Sequence record: SRR22947727_339
Reading direction: 5' to 3' (one strand)
DNA length: 64,000 nucleotides
In this document: positions 11,769 through 22,662 of the stretch, one piece after another
How the letters are laid out: each line of letters starts with the position of its first letter
Numbering within the stretch: position 1 is the first letter of the stretch
Program-made: the position numbers and the translations under genes
Notes under the pieces: generated by a model
Seen by the model: only the letters and a program-made list of their open reading frames with translations
Database searches by the model: none
What the model was told of the DNA's origin: nothing

Positions 11769-12660
11769 AGATTCAATAGATTTTAAATCTCACCTTGCTG
11801 CTGTATCAGAAGAAGTAGAAGTCATACTCAACGATGTATTACCTCTACCGTCTGGAAACCAAAAAGCAGTTATCGAGGCAACAAGGTATGCAGTACTTGG
11901 TGGTGGGAAAAGAATAAGGCCTTTCTTAATGATAGAAACCGCTCGTATGTTAGGCCACCTAAATAAAGGAGTATATATTGCAGGTGCCGCTTTAGAATGC
12001 ATGCATGTTTATTCATTAGTGCATGACGATTTACCCTGTATGGATAATGATGATTTCAGACGCGGAAAACCTACAGTACACAAAAAATATAATGAAGCAT
12101 TAGCGGTACTAACAGGAGACAACCTATTAACAATTAGTTTCGAACTTCTTACAAATCCAGAGGTTCATGAAAACCCAAATGTTAGAATGTCATTAATAAA
12201 GGATCTTGCTAAAGCAGGAGGTGCGAACGGTATGATTGGCGGTCAAGTTATTGATATATCAAATTCAGAAATACTCAGAGATGAAGTATTTATATCGCAA
12301 CTTCAAAAACTCAAGACAGGTGCACTAATTGAATACGCTGTCACCGCTGGAGCTACTTTATCAAATGCAATTGAAAGTGAAAAAACCGCTCTAAAAAATT
12401 ATGCCAGAGATATAGGTTTAGCATTTCAAATTAAAGATGACATTCTAGATGTTGAGGGCGATGCAGAAATAGTTGGTAAATCAGTTGGAAAAGATGATGC
12501 TTTGGGAAAGGTAACGTTTGTATCTATTCTTGGCCTAGAAAATGCTAAGGCTAAAGCGAGTCAATTAGGAAAAAATGCAATAAGACACCTTAAACCTTTC
12601 GGTAATAAAGCAGAAATACTCTCTAAAACAGTCGACTTTATTTTAAATCGCGCATATTAA
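11761..12660 (+). CDS. ispA: Farnesyl diphosphate synthase (polyprenyl synthetase)
   Basis: [25 protein letters not shown] and FQIKDDILD motifs. Confidence 0.92.
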   Translation: MNKDSIDFKSHLAAVSEEVEVILNDVLPLPSGNQKAVIEATRYAVLGGGKRIRPFLMIETARMLGHLNKGVYIAGAALECMHVYSLVHDDLPCMDNDDFRRGKPTVHKKYNEALAVLTGDNLLTISFELLTNPEVHENPNVRMSLIKDLAKAGGANGMIGGQVIDISNSEILRDEVFISQLQKLKTGALIEYAVTAGATLSNAIESEKTALKNYARDIGLAFQIKDDILDVEGDAEIVGKSVGKDDALGKVTFVSILGLENAKAKASQLGKNAIRHLKPFGNKAEILSKTVDFILNRAY

Positions 12661-12682
12661 CGAAAAGAATTAGAGAGATTAT

Positions 12683-14593
12683 ATGCCCATAACGCCACTT
12701 TTAGACAAAATTAAATACCCTGAAGACTTACGAAAATTACCTGTTACCCAAATCAAAGATTTAGCTGCAGAAGTACGCGAAGAGGTTATCGATGCTGTAT
12801 CAGTAACAGGTGGACATTTAGGAGCTGGACTAGGTGTTGTTGAATTAACAGTTGCAATTCATTATGTTTTTGACACGCCCAATGATAAATTAATTTGGGA
12901 TGTAGGTCATCAGTGTTACCCTCATAAAGTGTTAACTGGCAGAAGAGACCGAATGAGAACAATTCGTAAAGGTGGTGGATTATCTGGATTTACGAAGCGT
13001 AGCGAAAGTATCTATGATCCCTTTGGTGCTGCACATAGTTCAACATCTATATCAGCAGGTATGGGTTTCGCTACTGCAAGAGACTTATCAAATCAGGACA
13101 GTCATGTAATCTCAGTGATAGGTGATGGATCAATTACAGCAGGTATGGCTTACGAAGCTATGAACAACGCAGGAGCAACAGATTCAAAACAAATTGTTAT
13201 ACTTAATGATAATGATATGTCTATTGCTCCTCCTGTTGGCGCTATGAGTCACATGCTAGCAAAAATGGTTAGCTCAGGTGGTTACCAAAAACTACGTGGA
13301 GCAGGAAAAGCAATAGTAAAGGATGCTCCGAGGCCTATAAAATCTACAGCACGCAAAGCAGAAGAATATACTCGGGGAATGTTTATGGGCGGAACCTGGT
13401 TTGAGGAACTCGGTTTTTACTATGTAGGCCCAGTGGATGGCCATGATCTAGACACACTGATACCTGTTTTAGAAAACGTAAAAAAAATGAAAAATGGACC
13501 TACCCTTATTCATGTAGTTACACAAAAGGGGAAAGGTTATAAGCCTGCAGAAGTCTCAGCTGACAAATATCATGGTGTATCAAAGTTCAACGTAGTTACA
13601 GGCGAACAAAGCAAGTCCATACCTAATGCTCCAACTTATACCAATATTTTTGGGAACCAGCTAATAAAACATGCTCATAATGACGATAAAATAGTTGGTA
13701 TAACAGCAGCCATGCCAGGTGGCACTGGTATGAATATTTTTGGAAAAACATTTCCTGACCGTATGTTTGATGTTGGAATTGCAGAACAGCATGCCGTAAC
13801 TTTTGCGGCAGGTCTTGCTGCCGAAGGTTATAAACCATTTTGCGCTATATATTCTACTTTTCTTCAAAGAGGTTATGATCAAGTTGTTCATGATGTTGCG
13901 ATACAAAACTTACCAGTTCGTTTTGCATTGGACCGAGCAGGTTTAGTGGGTGCTGATGGGCCGACACATGCGGGTTCGTTTGATATCGCTTATCTTGGTT
14001 GTCTGCCGAATATGGTTTTAATGGCTGCAGCTGATGAAGTAGAACTTGCAAGTATGGTGGCTACTGCGGTGGATTATAATGAAGGACCAATTGCATTTAG
14101 ATATCCGCGTGGGGAAGCGACAGGAATTGAAATTCCATCAGATTCTAAAATACTAGAAATTGGCAAGGGGCGTATTTTAAAAGAAGGTAGTCAAATAGCC
14201 ATTCTTTCATATGGAACCCGTCTTGAAGAAGCTCTTAAGGCAGCAAAAGAATTAGAAACCTTAGGTCTATCGACAACAGTCTCTGATGCAAGATTTGCAA
14301 AACCACTCGATAAAGAACTTATATTTCAATTAGCCGACAATCATGAAGTGCTCATTACTATAGAAGAAGGCTCAATAGGGGGATTTGGTTCATTTGTTCT
14401 TAATGAGCTTGCCAAAGGAGGGCGCCTCGACGCAGGATTAAAAATACGCTTAATGCATTTACCTGATAAATTTATTGAGCATGACACACCGGATAAGATG
14501 TATGAAAAAGCAGGATTGGACTCTAAGGCCATTGTAAAGACTGTATTCAAAGCTATTGGTCGTGATAAAACAATAAATCTTAATACTGCATAG
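12683..14593 (+). CDS. dxs: 1-deoxy-D-xylulose-5-phosphate synthase
   Basis: [20 protein letters not shown], the TPP motif GDGSITAG...NDN, IAEQHA and [13 protein letters not shown]. Confidence 0.96.
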   Translation: MPITPLLDKIKYPEDLRKLPVTQIKDLAAEVREEVIDAVSVTGGHLGAGLGVVELTVAIHYVFDTPNDKLIWDVGHQCYPHKVLTGRRDRMRTIRKGGGLSGFTKRSESIYDPFGAAHSSTSISAGMGFATARDLSNQDSHVISVIGDGSITAGMAYEAMNNAGATDSKQIVILNDNDMSIAPPVGAMSHMLAKMVSSGGYQKLRGAGKAIVKDAPRPIKSTARKAEEYTRGMFMGGTWFEELGFYYVGPVDGHDLDTLIPVLENVKKMKNGPTLIHVVTQKGKGYKPAEVSADKYHGVSKFNVVTGEQSKSIPNAPTYTNIFGNQLIKHAHNDDKIVGITAAMPGGTGMNIFGKTFPDRMFDVGIAEQHAVTFAAGLAAEGYKPFCAIYSTFLQRGYDQVVHDVAIQNLPVRFALDRAGLVGADGPTHAGSFDIAYLGCLPNMVLMAAADEVELASMVATAVDYNEGPIAFRYPRGEATGIEIPSDSKILEIGKGRILKEGSQIAILSYGTRLEEALKAAKELETLGLSTTVSDARFAKPLDKELIFQLADNHEVLITIEEGSIGGFGSFVLNELAKGGRLDAGLKIRLMHLPDKFIEHDTPDKMYEKAGLDSKAIVKTVFKAIGRDKTINLNTA

Positions 14594-15321
14594 TGGAACG
14601 CGCCGATCTTTTACTAACAAAAATGGCGATATATGAATCTCGGGCCCGTGCACAATCAGCAATTAAATTAGGATTAGTTATTGTTGATGGCCGAGTAATA
14701 AAAAAGTCATCAGAAAAAATATCAGAAAATAGTGTTATAGAAGCTAAAAAAGAATTTCCCTGGGTTTCTCGAGGTGGTGTCAAATTAGCGTATGCAATTA
14801 AAAAATTCAATGTTTCCGTTAGAGAAAAGGTGTGTTTAGATATTGGTGCATCTACAGGCGGCTTCACCGAAGTGCTTTATAGCAATGGAGCAAAAAAAAT
14901 TTACTCAGTTGATGTAGGGCACAACCAATTACACGACCGCTTAAAAAACATTGAAAAAATTGTTTCTATGGAAAACTTTGATGCCAGGAATTTGACAAAA
15001 CAACATTTTATAGAGTTACCTAAAATTATTGTTTGTGACGCCAGTTTTATATCAGTAGCGAAAGTTCTCAATCAAGTTTTAAATCTATGCACTCAGAAAA
15101 CAGAACTTATAGTACTTGTTAAGCCGCAATTTGAGGTAGGAAAACAGGGCATCTCAAAAGGAGGAGTCGTAAAATCAGAGTCTCTAGCTTTGAATTCTTT
15201 ATCTGAAGTTTCCAAATGGCTAACAGAAAAAGGTTGGGACATTGCTGCGAGCTCTAAGTCTCCCATAAAAGGTACTTCTGGTAATACGGAATATTTGTTA
15301 CATGCTAAATTCAAATATTAA
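14593..15321 (+). CDS. tlyA: TlyA family rRNA 2'-O-methyltransferase
   Basis: N-terminal S4 domain, VSRGGVKL, LDIGASTGGFT and LVKPQFE; follows dxs. Confidence 0.92.
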   Translation: MERADLLLTKMAIYESRARAQSAIKLGLVIVDGRVIKKSSEKISENSVIEAKKEFPWVSRGGVKLAYAIKKFNVSVREKVCLDIGASTGGFTEVLYSNGAKKIYSVDVGHNQLHDRLKNIEKIVSMENFDARNLTKQHFIELPKIIVCDASFISVAKVLNQVLNLCTQKTELIVLVKPQFEVGKQGISKGGVVKSESLALNSLSEVSKWLTEKGWDIAASSKSPIKGTSGNTEYLLHAKFKY

Positions 15322-15341
15322 GCTCTTATAAAGAAATATAT

Positions 15342-15881
15342 TTAATCATGATGATGATCATGATGATGATCATGATGATGTTCATGGTAATGCGTATAAT
15401 CATGATGATGGATACTATGAGCACGAGTATTTCTAGAATTCCTTCGGTTATTTGAATTAACTCTATTTCTTACTGAATAATAATCCTGTTGGTTAGAAAA
15501 ATTATTTATATTGGTGTTACGTGAATACTGATTGTTACGATAATTACGGTTTCGTGTTTGACGTCTTGTTTTATCACAATTTGGATTATATCCGCTTGTT
15601 CGGCTGCTGTCGCTAATCGCAGCAGCTGTTGTACCACCTAAGATTGCACCAATAACAGATCCTTCTGTCCTGTCCCCTCTGCCAGCAACATGAGAACCAA
15701 CCACTCCACCAACAAGAGCTCCAAATAATCCTGCTGCTAATTGATCATTACTATTTTGGTAGCAATCATTACTATAATATCTACTTGAATAGTCAGAAGC
15801 ATAAGAAGCTGTTGACAAAAAACAAACGCCTGAAAAAGCAATTAAAGATTTTAATGTTTTTCTAGAAAGAAATGAATTCAT
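15342..15881 (-). CDS. Exported glycine-zipper (2TM) protein with an Asn/Arg-rich linker and poly-His tail
   Basis: Signal-peptide-like N-terminus after a GGAGA RBS (ATG 15881); GALVGGVVGS..GRGDRTEGSVIGAILGG glycine zipper; C-terminal HHHD repeats. Confidence 0.75.
   Translation of the reverse strand: MNSFLSRKTLKSLIAFSGVCFLSTASYASDYSSRYYSNDCYQNSNDQLAAGLFGALVGGVVGSHVAGRGDRTEGSVIGAILGGTTAAAISDSSRTSGYNPNCDKTRRQTRNRNYRNNQYSRNTNINNFSNQQDYYSVRNRVNSNNRRNSRNTRAHSIHHHDYTHYHEHHHDHHHDHHHD
15345..15410. repeat. 12-bp tandem repeat ATCATGATGATG x3 (15345-15380) plus a fourth copy (15399-15410), encoding HHHD units on the minus strand
   Basis: Read directly from the sequence. Confidence 0.95.
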
Positions 15882-16007
15882 AGTTTTCTCCAAGCTTAAT
15901 GAGATGTCATGTATAGTTATTACCAATTAACTTTTTAGTGACGTCTCTAATTATTAATTCATAACATGGATTAGGTTTCGAGAATATTTCGAAAAGATTA
16001 AATGAAT

Positions 16008-17114
16008 TTAATGAATGTGATCATTGAGACCGTTAATGGAAAGAAATTTACTTATTTCATCTAATGCGTCATGCGCTTCATTAATAAAGTTATCGAAAAT
16101 TTGCCATACATGAGGTAAATTATTCCAAGTTTGGAGCTTTACTTCAGATCCATGCTCTTTAGCTTTTGCAACATATCTTAAACTATCGTCAAATAACATT
16201 TCGGAGCTACTTACTTGAATTAACGTCGGCGGCAAATTTGATAGTTCATCAAAAATTGGAGATACAAGAGGGTCAGATGGCTTGTAACCCAATTGCCAAT
16301 ATAACAACCACAGAAGAGTAAGCTTAGGCATTTTTAGTAGTCGTCTTAAAAGAGGCTTAAGCATTGGATCGGTGGTTAGGTTTCTTTGCATAGATGGGCT
16401 TTGGAAAGTACAATCTGTTTGTGGGGACAAAACTACGATAGCATTAGGTGATTTTATTTCTGGCTTTCTCGACCAGTGACTTAGCATAAGTGCTAAATTT
16501 CCACCTGCAGAGTCTCCTATTACAGCAACAGCACTAATAGGGTGTAGACCATCTGGTCCGGTATTAAGAATCCAATCATAGGCATCCTGACAGTCGGAAA
16601 TAGAATCTTTTCTATCAAATTCAGGCATTAAACGATAATTAAGTGCGAAAACTGCACATTTAGTTCTTTTTGCAATTTGATAAGTGATTGGGCGGTGTGA
16701 AACATCGCTGCCTACAGTATAAGCGCCACCATGAAGATATAGTATTCGATTATCAGAACTAAAACCTTCAACGAGTGTCCATGCGCCATCTAATACGTGA
16801 TCTCTTACAGAAAACTGATCTTTACGGAATTCGCAATCATATTCTCTTACTAGTGCTGCGGCATCAAATGCTTCTCGCTTATTTGACCAGCCTGATCTTG
16901 ATAATACTGGTTGTTTTTCAATACTAAAAGTGGACTGTAAATAGTCGTATAAACGCGAAAGACCATCAGAACTCTGAACTTCATATTTTATAAAGCTATC
17001 TATAGTATACTTACCTAAATTCTCACCCCTCAATGATTTATAAACACAAATTAAAGAAATAAAAACAAAAGTTATAATAACAATAAAACTCAACATAGAA
17101 TATTTTTCTAACAT
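16008..17114 (-). CDS. Membrane-anchored HSL-family alpha/beta hydrolase
   Basis: N-terminal hydrophobic helix; HGGAY, GDSAGG and HVWQ; Glu as likely acid residue (SSEML). Confidence 0.85.
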   Translation of the reverse strand: MLEKYSMLSFIVIITFVFISLICVYKSLRGENLGKYTIDSFIKYEVQSSDGLSRLYDYLQSTFSIEKQPVLSRSGWSNKREAFDAAALVREYDCEFRKDQFSVRDHVLDGAWTLVEGFSSDNRILYLHGGAYTVGSDVSHRPITYQIAKRTKCAVFALNYRLMPEFDRKDSISDCQDAYDWILNTGPDGLHPISAVAVIGDSAGGNLALMLSHWSRKPEIKSPNAIVVLSPQTDCTFQSPSMQRNLTTDPMLKPLLRRLLKMPKLTLLWLLYWQLGYKPSDPLVSPIFDELSNLPPTLIQVSSSEMLFDDSLRYVAKAKEHGSEVKLQTWNNLPHVWQIFDNFINEAHDALDEISKFLSINGLNDHIH

Positions 17115-17215
17115 AAAAACATATGGACTAAAATATCAAATAGCATTATTAATTAACTCTATTTTAGCTTCCAATTAAAAATATACAGCCAGCAAAAAAA
17201 CTATATAGAAGAATT

Positions 17216-18409
17216 ATGTTTGAAAATGTTACTCCGCGTCCAGATGATCCAATAATGGCCATAATGAATCAATGCAAATCTGACCCCCGTCCACATAAAA
17301 TAGATCTTGGTGTAGGAGTTTATAAAGATGATAATGGACACACAACCATCTTAAATTCAGTTAAATTGGCCGAAAAAATATGTAATCAAGAAGAAACTAC
17401 AAAATCTTATATTGGTACTATAGGCAATCAAGATTTTTGTAAGAATATTCTTCAATTTATATTCGAAAAAGATAACCCCATTTTTCAAGAAGATCGTATT
17501 TGTAGCGCTCAATCAGCTGGAGGTTCTGGAGCACTAAGAATAGGTGCTGAACTCATAAAAATTGCATCCCCAGAGGCTACTGTTTGGACATCAACTCCTA
17601 CATGGGCAAACCATATACCTTTAGTTAGCTCAGTTGGTTTAAAAATGAAACAGTACCCATATTATAACAAATCAACATTACAGGTTGATTTTGAAGAAAT
17701 GCTTTCTCATTTATCAAAAAAAGCAAAACCTGGGGACATAATTTTACTTCATGGTTGTTGCCATAACCCCACCGGAGCAGATCTTAGTGATAGCCAATGG
17801 GACCGCTTAGCAATATTTCTTAATGAAAATGAATTATACCCATTTATTGATCTTGCTTATTTTGGTCTTGGAAAAGGCATGAAAGAAGATACGTATGGAC
17901 TCAGAAAAGTTACTCAAATTTGCCCAGAAGTTCTGCTAGCAGCCAGCTGCTCGAAAAATTTTGCGTTATACCGTGATCGAACTGGGTTCGTGGCAGCAAT
18001 TTGTAAAGATCAAGAAAAAACACAGATGATCAAGGTATTATTTGGTGCGATACAACGAAAGTTAATTTCAATGCCACCTGACCATGGTGCGGCAATAGTT
18101 AATAAAATTTTTACAGATCATAAATTATTTGATGTTTGGGAAATGGAACTAAACGAGATGCGAAATAGAATAAAAAACTTACGACTTAAACTTTCTGAAG
18201 CCTTTAATTCACAGGGCGCTAGTAATATTGCTAATGCTATTATTAATCAAAACGGAATGTTCTCTATGCTACCCTTAAATGCCCAACAAGCAGAAAGTCT
18301 GCGATCTAATCATGCGATATATTTAATGAATTCAGGAAGAATTAATATAGCAGGAGCAAATACAAAAAATATAAACCGTGTGGCAGAGGCAGTTCTAAAA
18401 GTTATTTAA
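17216..18409 (+). CDS. Aspartate/aromatic amino acid aminotransferase (class I, AspC/TyrB type)
   Basis: DLGVGVYKD, HGCCHNPTG, DLAY, the PLP lysine in SCSKNFALY, and SGRINIAG. Confidence 0.9.
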   Translation: MFENVTPRPDDPIMAIMNQCKSDPRPHKIDLGVGVYKDDNGHTTILNSVKLAEKICNQEETTKSYIGTIGNQDFCKNILQFIFEKDNPIFQEDRICSAQSAGGSGALRIGAELIKIASPEATVWTSTPTWANHIPLVSSVGLKMKQYPYYNKSTLQVDFEEMLSHLSKKAKPGDIILLHGCCHNPTGADLSDSQWDRLAIFLNENELYPFIDLAYFGLGKGMKEDTYGLRKVTQICPEVLLAASCSKNFALYRDRTGFVAAICKDQEKTQMIKVLFGAIQRKLISMPPDHGAAIVNKIFTDHKLFDVWEMELNEMRNRIKNLRLKLSEAFNSQGASNIANAIINQNGMFSMLPLNAQQAESLRSNHAIYLMNSGRINIAGANTKNINRVAEAVLKVI

Positions 18410-18414
18410 AGATT

Positions 18415-19185
18415 TTAAATTCTTTTCATTAAACGAAAAGTTGGACAAACTAAATTTTCTTCCTTTTTACATTTTTTAAAAGAAAACATAATAATTTCAG
18501 CCCTACCAATTAAATGGTCAAGAGGAACGTAACCTGGACCTCCATAAGCCCTGCTATCCAGTGAATTATCTCTATTATCTCCCATGAAAAAGATTTTCCC
18601 ATCAGGGACTATAAATTCTTCTGTTATATCGAGTGGCCCCTCATCGTCTCTTTCATATATTGAGTAAACTTTATTTGAATCTAATAATATCTCATCATAC
18701 TTCTTCACATTGACAATAGAACCTTTGTGCTCCCTATAAAAAAAATCGATGGCATTTTTTCTTTTAACAAGCTTATCATTTATAAAAAGGCGGCCCTCTT
18801 TCAAGAAAATTTTATCTCCTGGCAATCCTATAACGCGTTTAATCATAATAATATCAGATTGAGGATTACGAAATACAGCTATATCACCTCGCTTTGGCAA
18901 CTTACTAAAAAGTTTTCCATTTTTCAAAAACGGGAGTTTATGTAAGTTAAAGACCATTGAGTGCCTGGAATATCCATAAGCAAATTTAGATACATAAAGA
19001 TGGTCACCAACCTCGAGTGTAGGCTGCATAGACTCAGAAGGTATTTTATAATGACCCCAAACTGTTGTTAAAAAAACCAACATCAAACATGACATGAGTC
19101 CAAAAAATTTAATTTCACTTATAATCCATCTAACAGTACTAGGCTTTTTGTTTTTTTTATCAAAATCCACGCCATCATTTTTCAT
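18415..19185 (-). CDS. lepB: Signal peptidase I
   Basis: TM helix followed by IPSESMQPTL (Ser), IKRVIGLPGD (Lys) and GDNRDNSLDSR; ATG 19185 chosen, start uncertain. Confidence 0.9.
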   Translation of the reverse strand: MKNDGVDFDKKNKKPSTVRWIISEIKFFGLMSCLMLVFLTTVWGHYKIPSESMQPTLEVGDHLYVSKFAYGYSRHSMVFNLHKLPFLKNGKLFSKLPKRGDIAVFRNPQSDIIMIKRVIGLPGDKIFLKEGRLFINDKLVKRKNAIDFFYREHKGSIVNVKKYDEILLDSNKVYSIYERDDEGPLDITEEFIVPDGKIFFMGDNRDNSLDSRAYGGPGYVPLDHLIGRAEIIMFSFKKCKKEENLVCPTFRLMKRI

Positions 19186-19351
19186 AAAATTTCCTAGAAA
19201 GTGAGTTTTAGCAGAGATCGCATTTAACTTGTAATTCAAATCAAACGAAAGGTTAAGAGAATGTCTTTAAGTAATTAAATAAACTAAATGAAAGAGTTTG
19301 ATTTTTCAACAAGTGTTTCTTTCTTTTAATTTCAGTACTATAGTTCAAATT

Positions 19352-19933
19352 ATGTATAATGAGTATAAAAACATTCTAAAGAGGTCTGGAGGCGTTTGCA
19401 TTCTCCCAACCGAAACAATTTACGGCATCGCAGGCTGTGCTGAAGATACAAAAGCAATCGATCGCATATACGCAATTAAAGGAAGAAACTTTAGTAAATC
19501 TCTTGCAGTGTGCGTATGTAATTTGGAGCAGGCGAAAAAATATGGCGATTTCAATAAATATGCAATAAAATTAGCTAAAATGTATTGGCCAGGTCCAGTC
19601 ACGATTATAGTTTCCTCCAAAAATAATATATTTGATGAACGATGTTACCTAAATAATACTATTGCTTTTAGATGCCCAGATGTTGCTTGGAGGAAATTTC
19701 TTATCAATAAACCTTTAGCTTTGACGAGTGCAAACCGTTCAGGAGAAGCAAATCCTAAAGATGCGCACACATCTATAAATTCATCAGTTGATGGAGTTCT
19801 TGATGAAGGACCCACGCACGGTAAAATTCCTTCAACAATAATTTTTACTAAAACAGATGGTGTAAGGGTTATCCGTGAAGGAAAAATACCCCTAAAAGAA
19901 TTGGAAAATATTAAGTTAGATTGGGTTTCATGA
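19352..19933 (+). CDS. tsaC: L-threonylcarbamoyladenylate synthase (YrdC/TsaC)
   Basis: PTETIYG, IYAIKGR, WPGPVT, TSANRSG and PSTI; start uncertain (19298 or 19352). Confidence 0.88.
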   Translation: MYNEYKNILKRSGGVCILPTETIYGIAGCAEDTKAIDRIYAIKGRNFSKSLAVCVCNLEQAKKYGDFNKYAIKLAKMYWPGPVTIIVSSKNNIFDERCYLNNTIAFRCPDVAWRKFLINKPLALTSANRSGEANPKDAHTSINSSVDGVLDEGPTHGKIPSTIIFTKTDGVRVIREGKIPLKELENIKLDWVS

Positions 19934-21327
19934 ATCAATCAATAACAACTCTTAAATCACAGCTCCCAAAAGACATCTGGTCAGAGGATATAAATATAAT
20001 TGCACCACATTTAAAAGAGTGGCGTGAAATATATAATGGCAACACTCCCATTATGTTAACACCACGAACTACTGATGAGGTAATCAAGTGTGTAAATGCC
20101 TGTCGCCAGAATGCCTTTAAAATTGTACCACAAGGAGGAAATACTGGCCTTGTTGGGGGGCAAATTCCAATGGGTGAAGTGCTGATATCATTGACCAAAA
20201 TGAACAGAATTAGAGAGGTTAGTAAAGTAAATAGCTCAATAATTGTAGAGGCAGGTGCCACACTACAAGAGGTTCATAACGCAGCAAATAATATTAATAA
20301 ACAATTTCCATTATTCCTTTCATCACAAGGGTCATGCACTATTGGAGGAAATCTATCCACGAATGCTGGAGGAAACCATGTTTTAAAATATGGCACCACT
20401 AGAGATTTGGTATTTGGAGTGGAGGCTGTTCTAGCTAATGGTGACATATATAATGGATTAACAAACTTAAGAAAAGATAATACTGGATATGATCTTTCAA
20501 ATTTATTTATAGGGGCTGAAGGTACTCTTGGTATAATTACAGCAGCAAGTTTAAAGCTTTTTGAATTACCTAAACATACTCAGCGGGCATTAATAGCTTT
20601 GCAAAGTCCCAAAATGGCACTCGAATTATTAGATCATAGTCGCTGTGGTGGTAGAATGAGTATGTTTGAGGTAATGTCACACATAAGCTTGAATGCAGTT
20701 ACTAAAAATTTCTCAGCGATTAAGAGCCCCTTCAAGAAAACATACCCTTGGTATGTTTTGATAGATTGGGATTCTGATTCAAAAGCTATGGGTTTAGAGC
20801 TAGCTGAAAATTTATTATCGACCGCTTATGAAAAAAAAATAATACATGATGCTGTTATTGCTCATAATGAAACTCAATCTAAAGAAATTTTATCCATAAG
20901 AGAAAACATATCAGCTGGACAAAAATTTCTAGGAGGGTCTATCAAGTTTGATATAACAGTACCAATTGAGTTTATTCCAGATTTTTTAAAAAAGGCTGAT
21001 AAATTAGTAACAAAGTTAATACCTGGATGCAGACCAATTGCTTTCGGTCATTTTGGAGATGGAAATATTCATTACAATATATCGCAGCCACCAAATGTTG
21101 ATAAAGAAAAATTCTTAAAAAAATGGGATGATGCTTCGGAAATAGTTTTTGACATTGTCACTGAGCTAAATGGCTCAATTTCAGCAGAGCATGGTATTGG
21201 TGTCATGAAAAAAAGAGAATTGGCTAAAAGATCTGACCCAGTAAAATATAATATGCTTAAATTAATCAAGAACGCATTAGACCCGGACAACACAATGAAT
21301 CCGCGGGTGTTATTATATAGGAGTTAG
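19930..21327 (+). CDS. FAD-linked oxidoreductase, D-2-hydroxyacid (D-2-hydroxyglutarate/D-lactate) dehydrogenase family
   Basis: PQGGNTGLVGG, GGNLSTNAGG, GAEGTLGIIT, HFGDGNIH and SAEHGIG; ATGA overlap with tsaC. Confidence 0.85.
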   Translation: MNQSITTLKSQLPKDIWSEDINIIAPHLKEWREIYNGNTPIMLTPRTTDEVIKCVNACRQNAFKIVPQGGNTGLVGGQIPMGEVLISLTKMNRIREVSKVNSSIIVEAGATLQEVHNAANNINKQFPLFLSSQGSCTIGGNLSTNAGGNHVLKYGTTRDLVFGVEAVLANGDIYNGLTNLRKDNTGYDLSNLFIGAEGTLGIITAASLKLFELPKHTQRALIALQSPKMALELLDHSRCGGRMSMFEVMSHISLNAVTKNFSAIKSPFKKTYPWYVLIDWDSDSKAMGLELAENLLSTAYEKKIIHDAVIAHNETQSKEILSIRENISAGQKFLGGSIKFDITVPIEFIPDFLKKADKLVTKLIPGCRPIAFGHFGDGNIHYNISQPPNVDKEKFLKKWDDASEIVFDIVTELNGSISAEHGIGVMKKRELAKRSDPVKYNMLKLIKNALDPDNTMNPRVLLYRS

Positions 21328-21358
21328 CTCCCTATGGAGTTTAGCTTTAGAGCTAAAA
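21319..21358. terminator. Tandem small hairpins between convergent genes (possible bidirectional terminator)
   Basis: GGAG-TTAG-CTCC followed by TTTAGCT-TTAG-AGCTAAA (21340-21357); the stems are weak. Confidence 0.35.
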
Positions 21359-21396
21359 CAATAAAATTACTAAAAATTTACAATTCAATATCGCAA

Positions 21397-21810
21397 TCAT
21401 CCCCCTAAGGACACTTCACCAGCTCTAAATTTTATTAGTATTCTACAGTTTTTCATTTCACCACTTGGTGGTGGGTCAAATATCCATTGTTTAATCGCTT
21501 TATTTGTTGATGCCTCGAACAGTCCATCTGGCAGAGACCTTTCAATCACGACATTCTTTGTCTCACCATACATATTTACATCAAGCTTTACCAAGACCCA
21601 CCCTTGTCGCCCAGATTTAAAAGCTCTTCTTGGATAAACCGGAAGAACGAATTTACTTACGGCTAGGTTCTCACCCCCAATGCAATCAATAGGATTAGCA
21701 TATCCTTTTACCCAAGGGTCTGGGGGGTACTGACTTACAGGTTTAAAAGCCTTTATGTTAGTGCAACCTATCAAAATAAAAAGAGACAATAAAAATTGAA
21801 AAAACCTCAC
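21397..21810 (-). CDS. Short TonB C-terminal-domain protein with a lipoprotein-like signal
   Basis: TonB_C pattern PVYPRRAFKSGRQGWVLVKLDV..G....V.....P...FE....KAIKQWIF; N-terminal lipobox-like LIGC; GTGA overlap with the HPr gene. Confidence 0.75.
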   Translation of the reverse strand: MRFFQFLLSLFILIGCTNIKAFKPVSQYPPDPWVKGYANPIDCIGGENLAVSKFVLPVYPRRAFKSGRQGWVLVKLDVNMYGETKNVVIERSLPDGLFEASTNKAIKQWIFDPPPSGEMKNCRILIKFRAGEVSLGG

Positions 21811-22103
21811 TCAGTTTCACCAAACTTAGATTTAACAAGATCGGTCAAGGCCCGAATAGCAATCGCTGCTTCTTCACCAGATGCAGAAACTGTTATTCTT
21901 TCACCACAGGCAGCACCTAATAGCAAAAGCTCCATTACTGAGTCAGCTTCAACCGTTTCAGCACAAACAGCATTATGACTACGAACAGTGATTTTAGCAT
22001 TATATTTTAAAACGCACTCCATGAATTTATTCGAAGCACGTGCATGAAGCCCTCTTTTATTAGTGAGCTTAACTGTCGCGGTTTTTACCAAACTCAGAGT
22101 CAA
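21807..22103 (-). CDS. ptsH: Phosphocarrier protein HPr/NPr
   Basis: GLHARAS (His15) and ADSVMELL (Ser46 equivalent). Confidence 0.9.
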   Translation of the reverse strand: MTLSLVKTATVKLTNKRGLHARASNKFMECVLKYNAKITVRSHNAVCAETVEADSVMELLLLGAACGERITVSASGEEAAIAIRALTDLVKSKFGETE

Positions 22104-22504
22104 GTTTTACCCGCTAATATTTGCGAAGCAATCGCAATATAACGTTGACCGGCGTCTTTTGCCTTTTGAGCTGCATCAGATAGCGAGGCATCTTTACGTG
22201 CTTCTGCAAGTTTAATTAACATAGGAAGGTTCACTCCAGCTAAAACTTCAACCTTGCCCTCACGAAGCATTGATATGGCTAAATTAGAAGGTGTTCCGCC
22301 AAACATATCTGTGAGTAAAATAACGCCATTCTTGGAGTCAACTTTTTTAACGGCTAGACGGATATCCTCTCTTCGTAACTCCATATCATCATCAGGGCCA
22401 ATGCAAACAGTTTCAAGATTATCTTGCTGACCTACAACATGTTCTGCAGCATGTTTTAACTCTATTGCCAGGAGCCCATGTGTTACTATGACCAAACCTA
22501 TCAT
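22100..22504 (-). CDS. manX: PTS EIIA component, mannose family (regulatory PTS)
   Basis: IVTHG, TDMFGGTPSN and GVNLPML; overlaps the HPr gene. Confidence 0.9.
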   Translation of the reverse strand: MIGLVIVTHGLLAIELKHAAEHVVGQQDNLETVCIGPDDDMELRREDIRLAVKKVDSKNGVILLTDMFGGTPSNLAISMLREGKVEVLAGVNLPMLIKLAEARKDASLSDAAQKAKDAGQRYIAIASQILAGKT

Positions 22505-22662
22505 TTTTTTACCTAAATAAAATTACAAATTCATGCATGTTACTTAATCAATATTTTAAGTTATTGGGAAGTGTTTATTTTAAATTATTTGTATATATTT
22601 ATAATGCAAGATATGTTTTTATAAAGTAATAAGGTTTTTTGATTTAAATTATAGAGAGACAC

